Shown here: positions 13,431 to 26,305 of the stretch, piece after piece | How positions within the stretch are numbered: the stretch's first letter is position 1 | Layout: every line of letters starts with the position of its first letter | Assembly: GCA_964016885.1 (NCBI GenBank) | Contig: OZ024744.1 | Span: forward strand, 65,534,001 to 65,598,000 | Reading direction: 5' to 3' | Length of the DNA stretch: 64,000 nt | Source of the DNA: Eledone cirrhosa | Lineage: Eukaryota | Notes under the pieces: generated by a model | What the model was told of the DNA's origin: nothing | Databases searched by the model: none | The model's input: only the letters and a program-made list of their open reading frames with translations | Made by a program: the position numbers and the translations under genes

Positions 13431-15219
13431 TTTCTTTGTAAAATATTTAAAAATTACTATGGTGTAACTAAAATTATTCAGACATTAAAATGATAAAAAT
13501 TTCAGGAAGTTATATCAACCTTCATATCATTTTATCTTTATATTCTTTCAACAGTAAAAATGTTGATGTAGAATCTTACTAGAGTAAAGACTTCTGCTTT
13601 ATTTCATTCCAAAATAAAATCATGTAAAAATGTGTGTATGACTCAAAATGAATTAAATGGACATGTGATGCACATGGAAGATCGCAACTGCATAAAGAAA
13701 TGCAGAGAAAGCCCAGTGGCTGGGATTTGTGTAAGAGGCAGACCCAGGAATACTTGAGATGAGGTTGTGAAAACCAACCTTAAAAAACTAAACCTCACAA
13801 CAGAAATGATTAAAGACCATGCGGGCTGGCATAATGCAGTGCCAAGGAAGACCTGACCTGCAGCATACAATGTGACCTGATGTACATCCATGTCCCTGCC
13901 TTTACTACAACTCCCAACAATTATCCTAAACATCACTACTCCAATCCCACTGTACATGACCCTTCCCCATTCCTAAATATGGCAGTCTCCCTAGTCTCCC
14001 TACATGATAAAGGCATCTAGTACATGCTGTAAAATGGTTGGTGATAGGAAAAGCATCCAGATGTAGAAATCTTGGCAAACAAAAGGGTCAGGAGGACCCT
14101 TAGTTGTGTCAAAAACATGACCTCTCCTGTAACTCGGTGGAGAGATGACCGTCCATAAAGCAAAACAGATTCCTGGCCTGCTGTGGAGATCAGTGACTCC
14201 ACTTCAGTACAGACTTGGCCTATATAGACTCATCCAACCTTTGCTAGCAGGGAAAGTGGGCGTTAAAAAGATGACGATGATGATACGTATTACCAAGGAA
14301 AGCAGAAGAAATGTAAAGGTTACAGAGGGGAAAAAATACCAAGTGGATGTCTCAAATCAGAATAAAAGTTATCATTGAACATTTGGATAGTTGAAATAAT
14401 GTGGAGATTCAATGAAATCCATATGGAGTAAATAATGTTGAAGCGCTGCAAGGTAATTGTTAATTTGTAGCCAGAACAGGACAAAAATCCTTAAACAAAA
14501 TTGCCAACTACTATTTTAAATGGTTAACAAAAGAATAACCAACAAGATATCTAGAAAGCGAGAAAGATTTGATCTGGCACTGATGCATCACCAAACAATG
14601 AGTCTTTAGATTCATTTTTGTTAAATAATATTCAATTCTCCTACAGGACTTCCTTGTTACCTCTTAACCTCTTGTAACGATTTAAAAAATAATCTCTTTA
14701 AAATTAGGTTTATTAATTCATATGTGGACTGATTGTGAAAACTTGCCATAAATTAGTCTTTAATTTTTTTATGTGATGCAGTCAGTGTTGTTTTGTACTT
14801 TTTAAGAAAGTCTCGCTAATGAAGTTTCGTGTGGTACAAGACATTGAGTTAAATGAAGTTTGGACTTGTTTATTTTCAGGACAAAATATTAGGTATTATC
14901 AATTTTCTCAATAGACTAATTAAAGAGAAATGGTCTATTTGAAGATTTCAGAAAAATATTTGTGAAGTACTCAGACACAATATTAGTATGAAAGATTAGT
15001 TTCAACAACCAAATCACTAAATTAAGATTGTCATCATTTTTAAGTATGCTGGCATGGATTAGACAAGATATTTTCAGGCAGTTTTTAACAGCCAGATAGC
15101 CTTCCTAATGCCAACTATTATTTTTAAGTATAGTACTAATTCCACTGCTCTTCACTCATTGAACTACTATGCTGCTGGACATAAATGGCACTGGTTTCTT
15201 AAGTAGTGCCAACATGAAG

Positions 15220-15945
15220 ACATGTTTAAAGGCAATCAATCACATACACGCACACACAAGAGGGTGTGGAGATTAAAAGATCCCTCTGTTAAATATAGGT
15301 TCAGAGATGTTCTATGTGATATGTATGACAAGAATGGGAGGATATACATATATATATATATACCTATGATAGAGAACAACTGGAAATCTTTTGAGACCAT
15401 TTTGCAAGCCAATGATGAGACATTTGGTTGGAATAACATTCCAGCTAGACAAAATGTAACTTGATAGTGAAATAACACTGTAGATAAAAGCTAAAAGACA
15501 GTTCAGGAAAAATTGGGAGAAAGAGGAAAGAGAACAGCAAATAATATCGAGTAGCTAGAGGAGAGCTGAAAGCCAAAGGTTTGCCAGTGATCTGTGGTTT
15601 CAGACATGTGAATTGTTCAACATTGCTAGGGAAGGTGTCAGTGTGATTCAATGTTACTGGAGGTTGATAAATGTACAGAATGTGTGGGAGATAGAAACTA
15701 CACTCAGTAAATCAAAACAGAGAGATCAGCTATCATGGTCAACAGTTATATAGTCAACAAGATCATTAATGATATAAGAGAAAAGCTACCAACCAAGCCA
15801 TTAGAGACACTTGCTGAAAATAATCAAGTGGAGTCGGGCTCGATCTAGTCACTTGCGTGGTATCATACCTAACAACTGGTGTAACAGTATACTCATTAAT
15901 TGTTACGAAGAAAAGGGAGATAGTCAAGGAGGAAGCAACTACTGA
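15220..15945 (+). mobile_element. Decayed RTE linker/RT fragment
   Basis: KRVWRLKDPSVKYRFRD parallels RKIWKLKDPSASNRFKD in the main RTE; ends in a KGD...NY-GI-like motif. Confidence 0.65.
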
Positions 15946-15949
15946 GGCA

Positions 15950-16161
15950 TTAACCCTTTAGCATTTAAACCAGCCGTATCCAGACAGAATTCTCTCACCT
16001 CTTTCTGTTCAAACTGGCTGTAACCAGCCTCTCATATTTATTTTTAGAACAATACCTTAACATAAGTATCAAAATATCATAGATTCGATATTATGTGAGG
16101 TAAAGCTTTTATTGAGAAAATATTATTGTAAATATAGAGTATGTAAATGCTAAAAGATTAA
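15950..16161. mobile_element. TTAA-flanked piggyBac-like MITE; other copies at 48932-49132, ~34060-34270, ~37790-37990, ~50647-50850
   Basis: TTAACCCTTTAGCATTTA ... TAAATGCTAAAAGATTAA ends; multiple alignable copies. Confidence 0.72.
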
Positions 16162-16341
16162 ACTAATGGATTAAGTTATGAATGTAACAGGAAAAGTTTT
16201 ATCACAACTGATTGGGAAGAAAATTATATTAGATGAGATGCAATTTGGATTTGTATGCCCTCTTTTTAGTGAGAAGTCCTTGGCCAAGAGCAAGGCACTA
16301 TTTAGCTTTTGTTGATCTGGAAAAGGAGAGATAGAGAGCGC

Positions 16342-16384
<43 letters not shown>

Positions 16385-16879
16385 TCATAAGGTACACAAA
16401 TACAGATACATGCATATATATCTGGGGTCCCTTTATATTAGAAGAAAGATATAGGAAGTAAGGCAAAGCTGCCACAATCTGGAAGCAGTGACAGGGCTTA
16501 TGGCCATGCAGAATCGAAATCTATCATCACCCAATGCTCCATAGGGAACAAAAGGAATTAGAGAAGATTGTGAGAGAGAGGTGGAGGGAGAGGTTGTGTG
16601 TATTATCCATACCAGTGACTAGTTTAGGGAATATAGGAATGCAGGGGTCGGTGGTTGGTTTCATGGGAATTATGAGTTCAGGTCAGCAGTTGGTCTAACA
16701 GTATTTTATGAGTGTCTTGTTTACAGGTTAGGGCAATCGGTTTTATTTGCATATATCTATATTTGGATATGCATATCTATGTGTGCGTGCACATGTGAGA
16801 GTATGAGTGTGTATGTTTGCACGAGTTTAGACTAGCTGCAACTAGACTGATCAGGCAACGACGTCATGCTCATTCACTA

Positions 16880-18050
16880 AAATTTTGGCTAAGTTTCTAC
16901 TGCTGGATGCCCTTCACAATGCTAAACACTTTACAGTATGTACTAGCGACATTTTATTGTGACTACCACCTTACAGGGTGGATTGGGTACTTTTTGTCAT
17001 GACACCAGCACTACCACCTTGCCATGTAGATTGGGTGTTTTCCATTGTGGCACTACCACTTTACAGAGTGGGCTGAATGTATTTTATCATGGCACATGCA
17101 CTACTTCATTACAACACTGGGGTGTTTGGTGTGTCCTTTATCAAGCCAGGGAGGGACTGATGGGTGAAGGGTAGAGTAAAAAATGATACGGGTGCAGGCT
17201 ATATGCTGCTTGCTGGGGTGGGGTGGAGTATCACACAATGAGAGAGAGAAAGTGCCTGGTCAAGGTAGCAGCCTTGAAACAAGTATGTGGTGTCTGACAT
17301 TGTGGAATGTGTCTGGCTTTCCATATTGGCTTGGATTGAATAGGAAATGTGAGTCAGAGATTTGAACGTGAAAAAGAGACTTGGGTTGGGTAAGAATGAC
17401 ATGCAGCCTGTCAACTCGATGCTGGGTCACCTTGTTTGCAAGGTTCAGCTTTCACACCATAACATCTTCCTATGTCAAGTCCTGCCACAGACTCCATTGT
17501 CTAAGTGCTCTGCATTTCTTTATGCAGCTGTCATTCTCCATATGCATTCCACATTTAAACCAATGTAGTCTCCTCTCCTTCACACAGTGTCTAATCCCTT
17601 TGATGCCCAGTTTTTTTAATTCAGCTCAATGATGTTTGATCATTCCTGGATACAACTATTACGTGTCCCTTGGAGCATGCTTGCCTCATTTTCCCTTTGT
17701 AAGTCCTCTGCACACAAAGCCCACAACTCACTTCAATGTAGTATTGCAATTCACACAAGCATCAAATGATCTACCTTTCACTCAAAGATAAACCCTTTGT
17801 AGTTAGCAGTAGTAGTTGCACCCAGAACTCTTTCCAGCGAGTCCTTACTTTGGTTATTGTACTTTCAGAACACCTACCTCTACAGTCTATTTTGGCACCC
17901 AGGTAACAAGAATTGTTAACTACCTATAGTAAGCCATCTAAGCATTTATTAGAGTCCGTTTCATGTGATCTCTTGTTGCTTATTACTCCTGTGCATCTAT
18001 CACAAAGCTAACATTCTTTGCTAGCTTGACCAAGATACCACTACATTTTT
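16880..18050 (-). mobile_element. Decayed RTE 3' half including 3' UTR subrepeats
   Basis: Aligns by eye to 19720-20620 (CYLG, KERRL.WNVE motifs; CTGGATGCCCT 3' UTR motif). Confidence 0.6.
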
Positions 18051-18073
18051 TTGTGTACCCATAGCTTACATTT

Positions 18074-18113
<40 letters not shown>

Positions 18114-19604
18114 CACACACATAACCGCTGCCTTTAACAGTTATTTTTGGATAGTCTGTTTATTCTGTTCACGCAGCATTAGTACAACATGCAAGGAACT
18201 AATTCTGTCAATCAGATTCAATAACATTTTATCTATATGTTATAGTAAACAAGAGAAACTTCAAAAGTTACCCTGACAGAACAGGCAGTAAATGTCACAA
18301 CATATTCCCTCAACACAGACTGACTGCATACCATTTCAATGTTCTCATTGGTACCTGATTTAACCGCGCATGCGCGCGAAACAGTATATCAAATCTCCTG
18401 AACCAAAAGGAATATCTTAAATATTTATTTGATTGCTTCAGTGCAATAACTAGCTGCTTTCATGAAAACAAAATCAGCCATTTTAGAGGGTTCCTATTTA
18501 AATTAAAATCTTCCAACATAATTTTAAATAAGAATGTCAAGCTACTATCTTAGTAATTAAATCATTTTAATAAATCCATAAGTCACAAAAAGGTTTAAAG
18601 GGGTGACTAAACATCAATGACAATTATAACTATTTGGACCATTTATGGACTTAACATGGCCAAAGGATTAAGAATTTTGTTTCACAATGATAAAGTTCTA
18701 GGTTTGGTCCCAAAGAGCCCTTGATGTTAAGGACACATGTCTGGAAAACTCAGCCACTTACATAATTTAATGAATAAACCATTTAGTTGAGCAAATAACC
18801 AGAACACGCATCATCAAAACAGGATGTCCATTATTTTGATATCATTTATATATTGAAGCTATAGAGTTGGAGAACATCGGCAAAATATTGACCTCGAATA
18901 TAAGTTGACCCCCAACCCATTTTACCATCGATTTTTTTGTGACATTTTTCAGCTTATACACCAGAATATACAATAAGCCTTATTAGCAATCAAGAAAAAG
19001 ACTGTTCATAACTGAAGGGATAGTAGGATATAAAGGCTGGATACATTTCTGACTATATGGCAAGCAAGTCTCCAAGAACACTAGGTAATTGTTGTAACTT
19101 CAATAATAAACAGGAAATTTACTAGTGACCACATATAGAGTCAAGGGGTTAAATAATCTGTGTACTTGTGTTATTTCCACCCACATGAGGTTGAGCTCAT
19201 TTATAAACCTTGATTATAAACCTTAAACTGAAGTATTCATCCAGTGAAGCCTCCAGCCCACACTGTAAAGTGGTCATGTAGGTGTCATGGCAAAAAGCAC
19301 CCAGTCCACACTGTAAAGTGGTCGTATAAGCGTCACAACAAAAAGCACCAAGTACTTACTGTAAATGAGGTTGGCGCTAGGAAAGGCATCCAGCTGTAAA
19401 AACCAAGCCAAAATCAGTTCTTTAAGAGCAAAACATGGTCACCTGACCTGGCATTGCCCACAACGGTAACTCGCCTAACCCATTCTAGCATGGAAAAATA
19501 GACATTAAACGGTGATGATGGTTACCACAATTAATTGGTGTAGATCAGATTAATTCAATGATGAGTTATTACATAGTTAATAAAGCAAATAAGTGGTGGT
19601 AATA

Positions 19605-22600
19605 TCATCATCATCATCGTTTTACGTCCGTTCTTCCACGCTAGCATGGGTTAGACGGGTTGTCCTGTTGTGGGCAGTGTCCGGTCGGCTGACCTTGTCT
19701 TGCTCATACGGGAACTGATTTTGGCTTGATTTCTACAGCTGGATGCCCTTCCTAACACCAACCTCATTTACAGTGAGTGCTGGGTGCTTTTTTTCCGTGG
19801 CGCCTACACGTCCACTTTACAGTGTGGGCTGGGTGCTTTTTTGCCGTGGCACCTCCACAACCACTTTGCAGTGGGAGGGCGTGGGGGCATATTGTCTATA
19901 TTCTTCAGCTTCGGCTTGTACCCATGTGGGGGGGGGGGTATTCTGTATTACTGCGTGACACTAGAGGTCACGGTCGTGTGTCATCGCCTTTGAGAGGTGT
20001 AATTGGGTAAGGTCGGCTTTTATCACGTCATCCCAGGTCTTCTTGGGTCTCCCCACTCCGCGGTTTCCATCAACTTCTAGTGCTCTGCACCTTTTTATGC
20101 AGCTGTCATCCTTCATACGCATCACATGTCCATACCAACGCAACCGCCTCTCCTGCACACAGCATTTGATTCCTCTTATGCTCAGTCTCTCTCTCGATTT
20201 ATGCTTTGCTGTTAGCGTATATTACTATTACACATCCATCGGAGCATGCAGGCTTCGTTTCTCTCTAATCTACACAAGTCTTCCACATTCAGCGCCCAGG
20301 TCTCACTACCATGTAACATTGCTGTTCGTATACACGCATCATACAGTCTGCCTTTCATTTTGAGGGAAAAGCCTATTGCAGCTAACAGTGGCTCCCTGAA
20401 CTTCTTCCATCCCGTTCTTACCCTAGTTATTGTACTTTCTGAACACCCACCTCTGCTGCTAATTCGGTCACCTAGGTAGCAGAAGCTGTCTACTGTTTCT
20501 ACAGAGCCCTCCCAGAGATTGGTGGTACTTGTTTCCTGTGGCTGTTTGCTGTCCCAACACAGCTGCTACATGTGAAGCCTACATTCTTAGTTAAGCTTCC
20601 TGAGATCCCGCTACATCTCTTGTGTACCCATTGTTTGCATTTGGGGCAGAGAATGGAGTTTCTTCCTAAACCTTTCCTACATACTGAGCAAGACCATTTC
20701 CTTAAGGGGATCTGGGTTCTGTTTTTTCGTTTACTTACAAGGACCTTAGTCTTTGTCAGGTTGACTTTGAGACCCTTTCTTTCTAGTCCCTGATTCCAAG
20801 TTTGGAATTTCTTCTCTAGTTCTACCATAGATTCAGCTATAAGTGTGAGGTCACATGCATACAGGAGTTCCCATGGGCATCCGGTCTCAAACTCCTCCGT
20901 TATTGCCTGCAGGACTATGATGAACAGGAGAGGGCTAAGAACAGAGCCCTGGTGGACACCGACCTGTACACTAAATTCCTCGCTATACTCATTGCTAATC
21001 CTAACTTTGCTGACTGCTCCCCTATACATGGCTTGTACAGCTTTCACAAGCCATTCATCTACTCCTAGTTTTCTAAGAGCCCACCAGATTATAGCACGTG
21101 GAACTCTGTCAAAGGCTTTCTCGAGATCGACGAATGCCAGGTAGAGTGGCTTACTTTTAGCTTGGTACTTTTCCTGTAACTGCCTCACAAGGAAGAGGGC
21201 ATCAGTGGTGCCTCTTCCTGGCACAAACCCAAATTGCATCTCATCTAGTTTCACCCGGTCCCTAATCAACTGTGCTATAACTCTTTCTGTTACTTTCATG
21301 ACCTGGTCCATCAGCTTTATACCTCTATAGTTTCCTCTATCTACTCTTGTAACAGTTGACAATGATGCTACTGCACCAATCCTTTGGTATGACACCTAGT
21401 ATTACCTGGTTAACAATACGTGTGGTTATAGTGTGACCTACCGACCCAGATACCTTCAGCATCTCGGCAGCTATGAACCAGTTGCCTTCCCCGACTTCAT
21501 ATCTTTGATTGCCTTACTACGCCGGCCCCTCTATAGGGTCTCTTCTTCCCATGCATTCTCCTCATTTAGTAATCTATCATAATGGCTTTTCCACGCATCT
21601 TTCTTCTCAGCACTTGAGGGCAAGCTCACCTTTATCATTCTGGATACAGTTCTCTCCAATGACATCACAATTCTCTGACACTGCCTCGCAATCTTGAACA
21701 CCTGTTTCTGGTCCTCACGTTGCAAAACATGCTTGAATTTTCTATCCTCTGCTTCCCTCCTAGCTTCCCTCCTGCTTCCCCCATTCTTCCATTCTTTCCA
21801 TGCCTGTCTCTTGGCCTTAACTGCCTCATCTACCTTATTGTTCCACCACCAAGTCAATCTCCTCCTGCCTGTGGTCTTACTCCAGCCACAGATCTCATCA
21901 GTCGCCTCTAGTAAGTTATTTTTTAGGAACTCCCAGTGCTCTTCTACATTGAATGTCTATCGGTTCTTTACTGTCGTAGGCGTTGAGTAAAATATCTTTA
22001 AATCTGTTACTGGCCGAGGGGTCTTTCAGCTTCCAGATCTTTCTTCTCCAGGTTGGATTCTGTTTCCAGGTTCGCCTAGTTCTGACCGTGAGGTCACAGA
22101 CAAACAAGCTATGTTGAGAGGTACATTCCTCACTAGGGACGGCTTTTGTGTTTACGACCGTCTATCTGTCACGTCTTCTGATGAGGATAAAATCTATCTG
22201 ACTAGAATGCTCCCCTGATCTATAGGTGATCAGGTGGTTGTCGGGTTTTTTGAAGTTTGTGTTACATATTGACATGTCATTGTCGTCGCAGAACTCTAGA
22301 AGCCTGAATTTCTTGTGCCAACCCCATGGCCTCTATAGAAGCCGTCACAGTGTTTACCTACGTGTCCGTTAAAATCTCCTGCAATGATTAGGAAGTCATT
22401 GTCATTTGTTAGAGCAGTAGTGTGCATTAGGGACTCGTAAAACCTATCTTTAAGTTCGCCTGGCAACCCCGATTGGGGTGCGTAAGCTTAAATTTATTGT
22501 GGTAATTGTTTTATTTAGGACTAGTCTGAGTTTAATGATTCTTGCATTCACCCTGTACACTGAGATTACTTTATCTACCCACTTGTCAGCTAGTAGGATA

Positions 22601-22990
22601 CCTACACCACCCATCCCATCGTCATTTCTCACCCAGAAAAATTTGAAGCACTGACTTTTTCCTACAAGAACTCTAGCAGACTCCTCTCCATCTAGTCTCT
22701 TGCACACAGCATACATCTATTTCCTTTCGCTCTAGCATCTCTACGATTTCTCCTACTCTTCCTTTCATTGTTCTTACATTGATGGTACCAACTCGGAGTT
22801 TTGGTCAACATTCGTGGGGGAAGAGTCGATTTTTGCAGGGGTGTGCATGTGCTTCCTGTCTCTGAATTGAAGCCCCACATAGCTGTTGGTAGCTCGCGGA
22901 TTCATATTCATTTATTAATTCAGGGTTGCTCCATTTATTCTCAGCTCATCCTTACATAATGGTAGGAAAATTTAGGGCTAGAAGAATAGT
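19605..22990 (-). mobile_element. Near full-length, frameshifted RTE-clade LINE (AP endonuclease + RT + PHD-like finger), (GAT)n tail
   Basis: EN motifs GTINVRTM..EIDVCCVQETRW (~22800-22690). RT motifs NYRGIKL, QFGF, FVDLEKAFD, GVHQGSVLSP, YACD (decayed YADD). C-terminal RLRWYGH...GRPKKTW. Tail repeats at 19603-19618. Candidate 13-bp TSD AGTGGTGGTAATA at 19592-19604 and 22991-23003. Confidence 0.92.
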
Positions 22991-24762
22991 AGTGGTGGTA
23001 ATAATGTCAGGGTGTGTTGGGGTTGGGATGGGTGAGGAGAGAGGTAGGTAGTAGTAGAAATGGCAGGGTTTGTTGGGGTTGGTAATGGGGGAAGGGGGCA
23101 TGCTGAAGTTTGATTGGCCGAATAGACTATGGTGGTGTGAGGGGGTAGGCGGGAGGGAAATTGTGAGGTAGGTAGACATCATGGCATATAGTATCTCATC
23201 GCAAAATAAACCAATAGGAGTAGATGACTTCGTAGAGACAGTGAAATGATAAATACAACACTAATAATAGTGTAAGAGAAGAGAGTAGATGACTTCATAG
23301 AGAGACAGCATGGGAAAAGAAAATGAGGGTAAAATTAATCTGGATTCATATATTGATTAATATTTATATATTTATTAATATTTAAAATATCAATCCTCTT
23401 TTTACAGCCACTTTCCATACTGGCATAAGTTGAACAGACTGTTATGGCTTAAAACTGAACAGATTGGAGAATATCACTTCACTTGTACATCCCTTTGTAA
23501 CATGGTTTCTACAGTTAGATATCCTTAATGCCAATCACTTTACAGAGCCCAAAGGGTGCCTTTTACTGAAGAAGCTTTGAAATAAACATTGCAAAGATTT
23601 ATCTCAGAACCTTTTATGAAGTCATGTTCCAAAAATTGAATTCATATGTCAAACAAAAAGCCAGTCAAAATTCTTCATTATTTTAGAATTTAACTTAAAC
23701 ACGGAAGGTGTTATTTTAGTAAAAACTATAGAAACAAAAAGATTTGTGTAGCTAAAAGAGAGTTCCAAGTAAGTGATCCTATGATTAGCTTAGCAACATT
23801 GTTTATTAAATGATTAACATATGTTTTGCCATTTAAATATATACATACATATATAGTTACTAAAGCACATTAAAATATCACATACTTCTTTTAACTATCC
23901 ATATCTTTATCAAGTATCAATGTGCTCAGTCGACAAGTTTTCTTTTGTTTATTTCCCAGATCCACACTATTACAAAACTTGATAAAGTGTCTGTGTCTGC
24001 CTGTGTGCCCATGTTTGCGAGTGTGTGTAAGAGTAAAGCCCTTCGGTTATGAATGACCTTGGGTTTTTCATCTAAAAGATTCCTCTCTGAGGCACAAGCC
24101 CAGATGAGGTATTTCAGCAGTCACCCATGCATACCAGTTTCCCTTTGCCATGTCATCAATTGTTGTCTAAAAGAAAGGCAAAGCCCAAGACAGCTTGGCA
24201 CCAGTGACGTCAACTCATTTCTTAAACTGAGTGAACTGGAGCAACATGAAACAAAGTGTCTTGTTTAAGGACAAGACATCACCCAGTCCAGGAATGGATC
24301 TCACAATCTCACATCTGTGAATCTAACTACCAAGCCAGGTGCCTTCACGCACACACACACACACATACTACCTATTGTATATACTCATTTATAAGATTCA
24401 ATTTCATTATACATTTACAATGTACCATATATGCCACATGCTTTTTTTTATATCGTAATTCTGACTTACACATGAGTATATACAGTATATGTGTTAATGC
24501 ACATAGTCTTTTGCATGTTTCGGTCATTAGGCTGTGGCCATGCAGGAGCACCACCTTGAAGAGATTTAGATGATCTTATTGACTGTCAGACACAGACTTA
24601 CTCAAAACATGCAGCCACAATTTCTGTCAACCAAATTTCACTCATATGGCATTGGTCAACCTAAGGTTATAGTAAAAGACATTTGCCCATGCTACCACTA
24701 CATAGTGAAACTATGTAGTTATAAAGCACGCTTCTTATCCACACCGCCATGATTGTGTGCAT

Positions 24763-25098
24763 ATCATCATCATTTCATTTTACGTCCGCTTTTTTCCTGC
24801 TTGCAAGTGTGGGACGGGAACCAATTCTGGCTTGATTTCTACAGCTGGATGCCCTTCCTAACACCAACCTCATTTACAGTGAGTGCTGGGTGCTTTTTTG
24901 CCGTGGCACCTCCACGACCACTTTGTAGTGGAATGATAGGGACCCCAGTCCCTATCATCTCATTTCTACAGCTGAGTAAACTGGAGCAATGTGAAATAAA
25001 GTGTCTTGCTCAAGGAAACACCACATCTGGTCTGAGAATTGAACTCACAACCTTTCGATTGCAAGGCCAATGCTCTAACCACTAAGCCATGTGCCTCC
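24763..25098 (-). mobile_element. tRNA-derived SINE with RTE-derived 3' tail (copy A)
   Basis: A box TGGCTTAGTGG, B box GAGTTCAATTC, central TTGAGCAAGACACTTTATTTCACATTGCTCCAG domain. 3' part nearly identical to the RTE 3' UTR; (GAT)n tail. Confidence 0.88.
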
Positions 25099-25164
25099 AT
25101 ATATAAATGTACATGCATGTTCACACACACACATATACACACACATACATAAATATTATATCAA

Positions 25165-25553
25165 TATGATGGAAGCCTCGGAGTGGGGAGACCCAAGAAG
25201 ACCAGGGATGAGGTGATAAAAGCAGATATTGCCCAATTGCACCTCTCAATGGTGATGACAGAGAACTGTGACCTCTGGCATTACACAGTAATACAGAAGA
25301 CCCGACTTCCCACGGGTATAAACCAAAGCTGAAGCATATATACAGTATGCCCCCCCCCCCCTCCCTCCCACTGTTAAGTGGCACAGCAAAAAACACCCAG
25401 TACGCACTGTAAATGAGGTTGGCATTAGAAAGGGCATCCAGTTGTAGAAATCAAGCCAAAAAAAAAATCAGTTCTGCATGGCCACCTGACATGGCATTGC
25501 CCACAACTCATTTTACCCATGCTAGTGTGGAAAAATGGACGTTAAACGATGAT
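25165..25553 (+). mobile_element. RTE 3' terminal fragment, head-to-head with SINE copy A
   Basis: Matches the reverse complement of 19610-20070 (GGAGTGGGGAGACCCAAGAAGACC...GGACGTTAAACGATGAT). Confidence 0.8.
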
Positions 25554-26213
25554 TTTCTGTAGTCGCCATCTTTTCTCTCAGAAAATATCAACTATTCTTG
25601 TCTTTGTAAAAATCTAGTGAAGCCCAGAGAATGAACACTGACAGACACACACACTTCATGGCATCAGTAAAACTTGTATCAATATATTACACGTTCAATA
25701 CATCTACCAATACTTGTCATTTTTATGACTAAAACCTTATTCTGTTTATATAAATATCTTTAACAAGCAATCATTAAGGAACTGGAGCAAAGGTTTGAAG
25801 TAATACCAAGTTATATTAAATATAGAATATGAAAAACCATCTCTGTATTTGCTCCTTCAATGTTATATTCAAAGATAAATCCACTAACTACCTACCTCCA
25901 CTGATCTGAAACTAGTGTTATTGGTACTTATTTTCTGCAGCAAGATTTAAATTCACAACCATAAGATAAGAAATAGGTTACTATTATAAAATATTTAATC
26001 CAGTACCCTAATAACATTCTGTAAATGTTACTCTTCATTCAAAACACAAATTATATAAAGGCATTTCAATTTCCTTTCCTAAAGATTAAATCTATTCCAT
26101 TTACTATTCTCTATATATCATGACATTTCCAAGTGTTTTAACAAAAATATAGCAATGTAAATGTTATTACAATATAAATTATACAGTTAAAACAATGTAA
26201 ATAAATAACTTAC

Positions 26214-26305
26214 CTCACCAAAGGCTCCTCTACCAATAATTTTGAGTGTTTCAAAATCATCTCTTTGCAAACGGCTCTGCTTAGCTTTCATAACAACAGG
26301 TCTCG
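26214..26305 (-). CDS. MRCK: MRCK kinase coding exon 2 (ARPVVMKAKQSRLQRDDFETLKIIGRGAFGE)
   Basis: 92 nt, acceptor TTTTATAG, donor GTAAGT. Encodes the Gly-rich loop GRGAFGE. Not in the ORF track. Confidence 0.95.

Noticed and set aside
19743-19958. Recurrent MPFLTPTSFTVSAGCFF ORFs (also ~24850, 32595, 47570, 49278) as a gene family
   Set aside because: Antisense translation of the shared RTE/SINE 3' UTR.
25020-25098. tRNA gene (A/B boxes, GCA-like anticodon loop)
   Set aside because: It is the head of a multicopy SINE; no proper acceptor stem, and it continues into SINE core and LINE tail.
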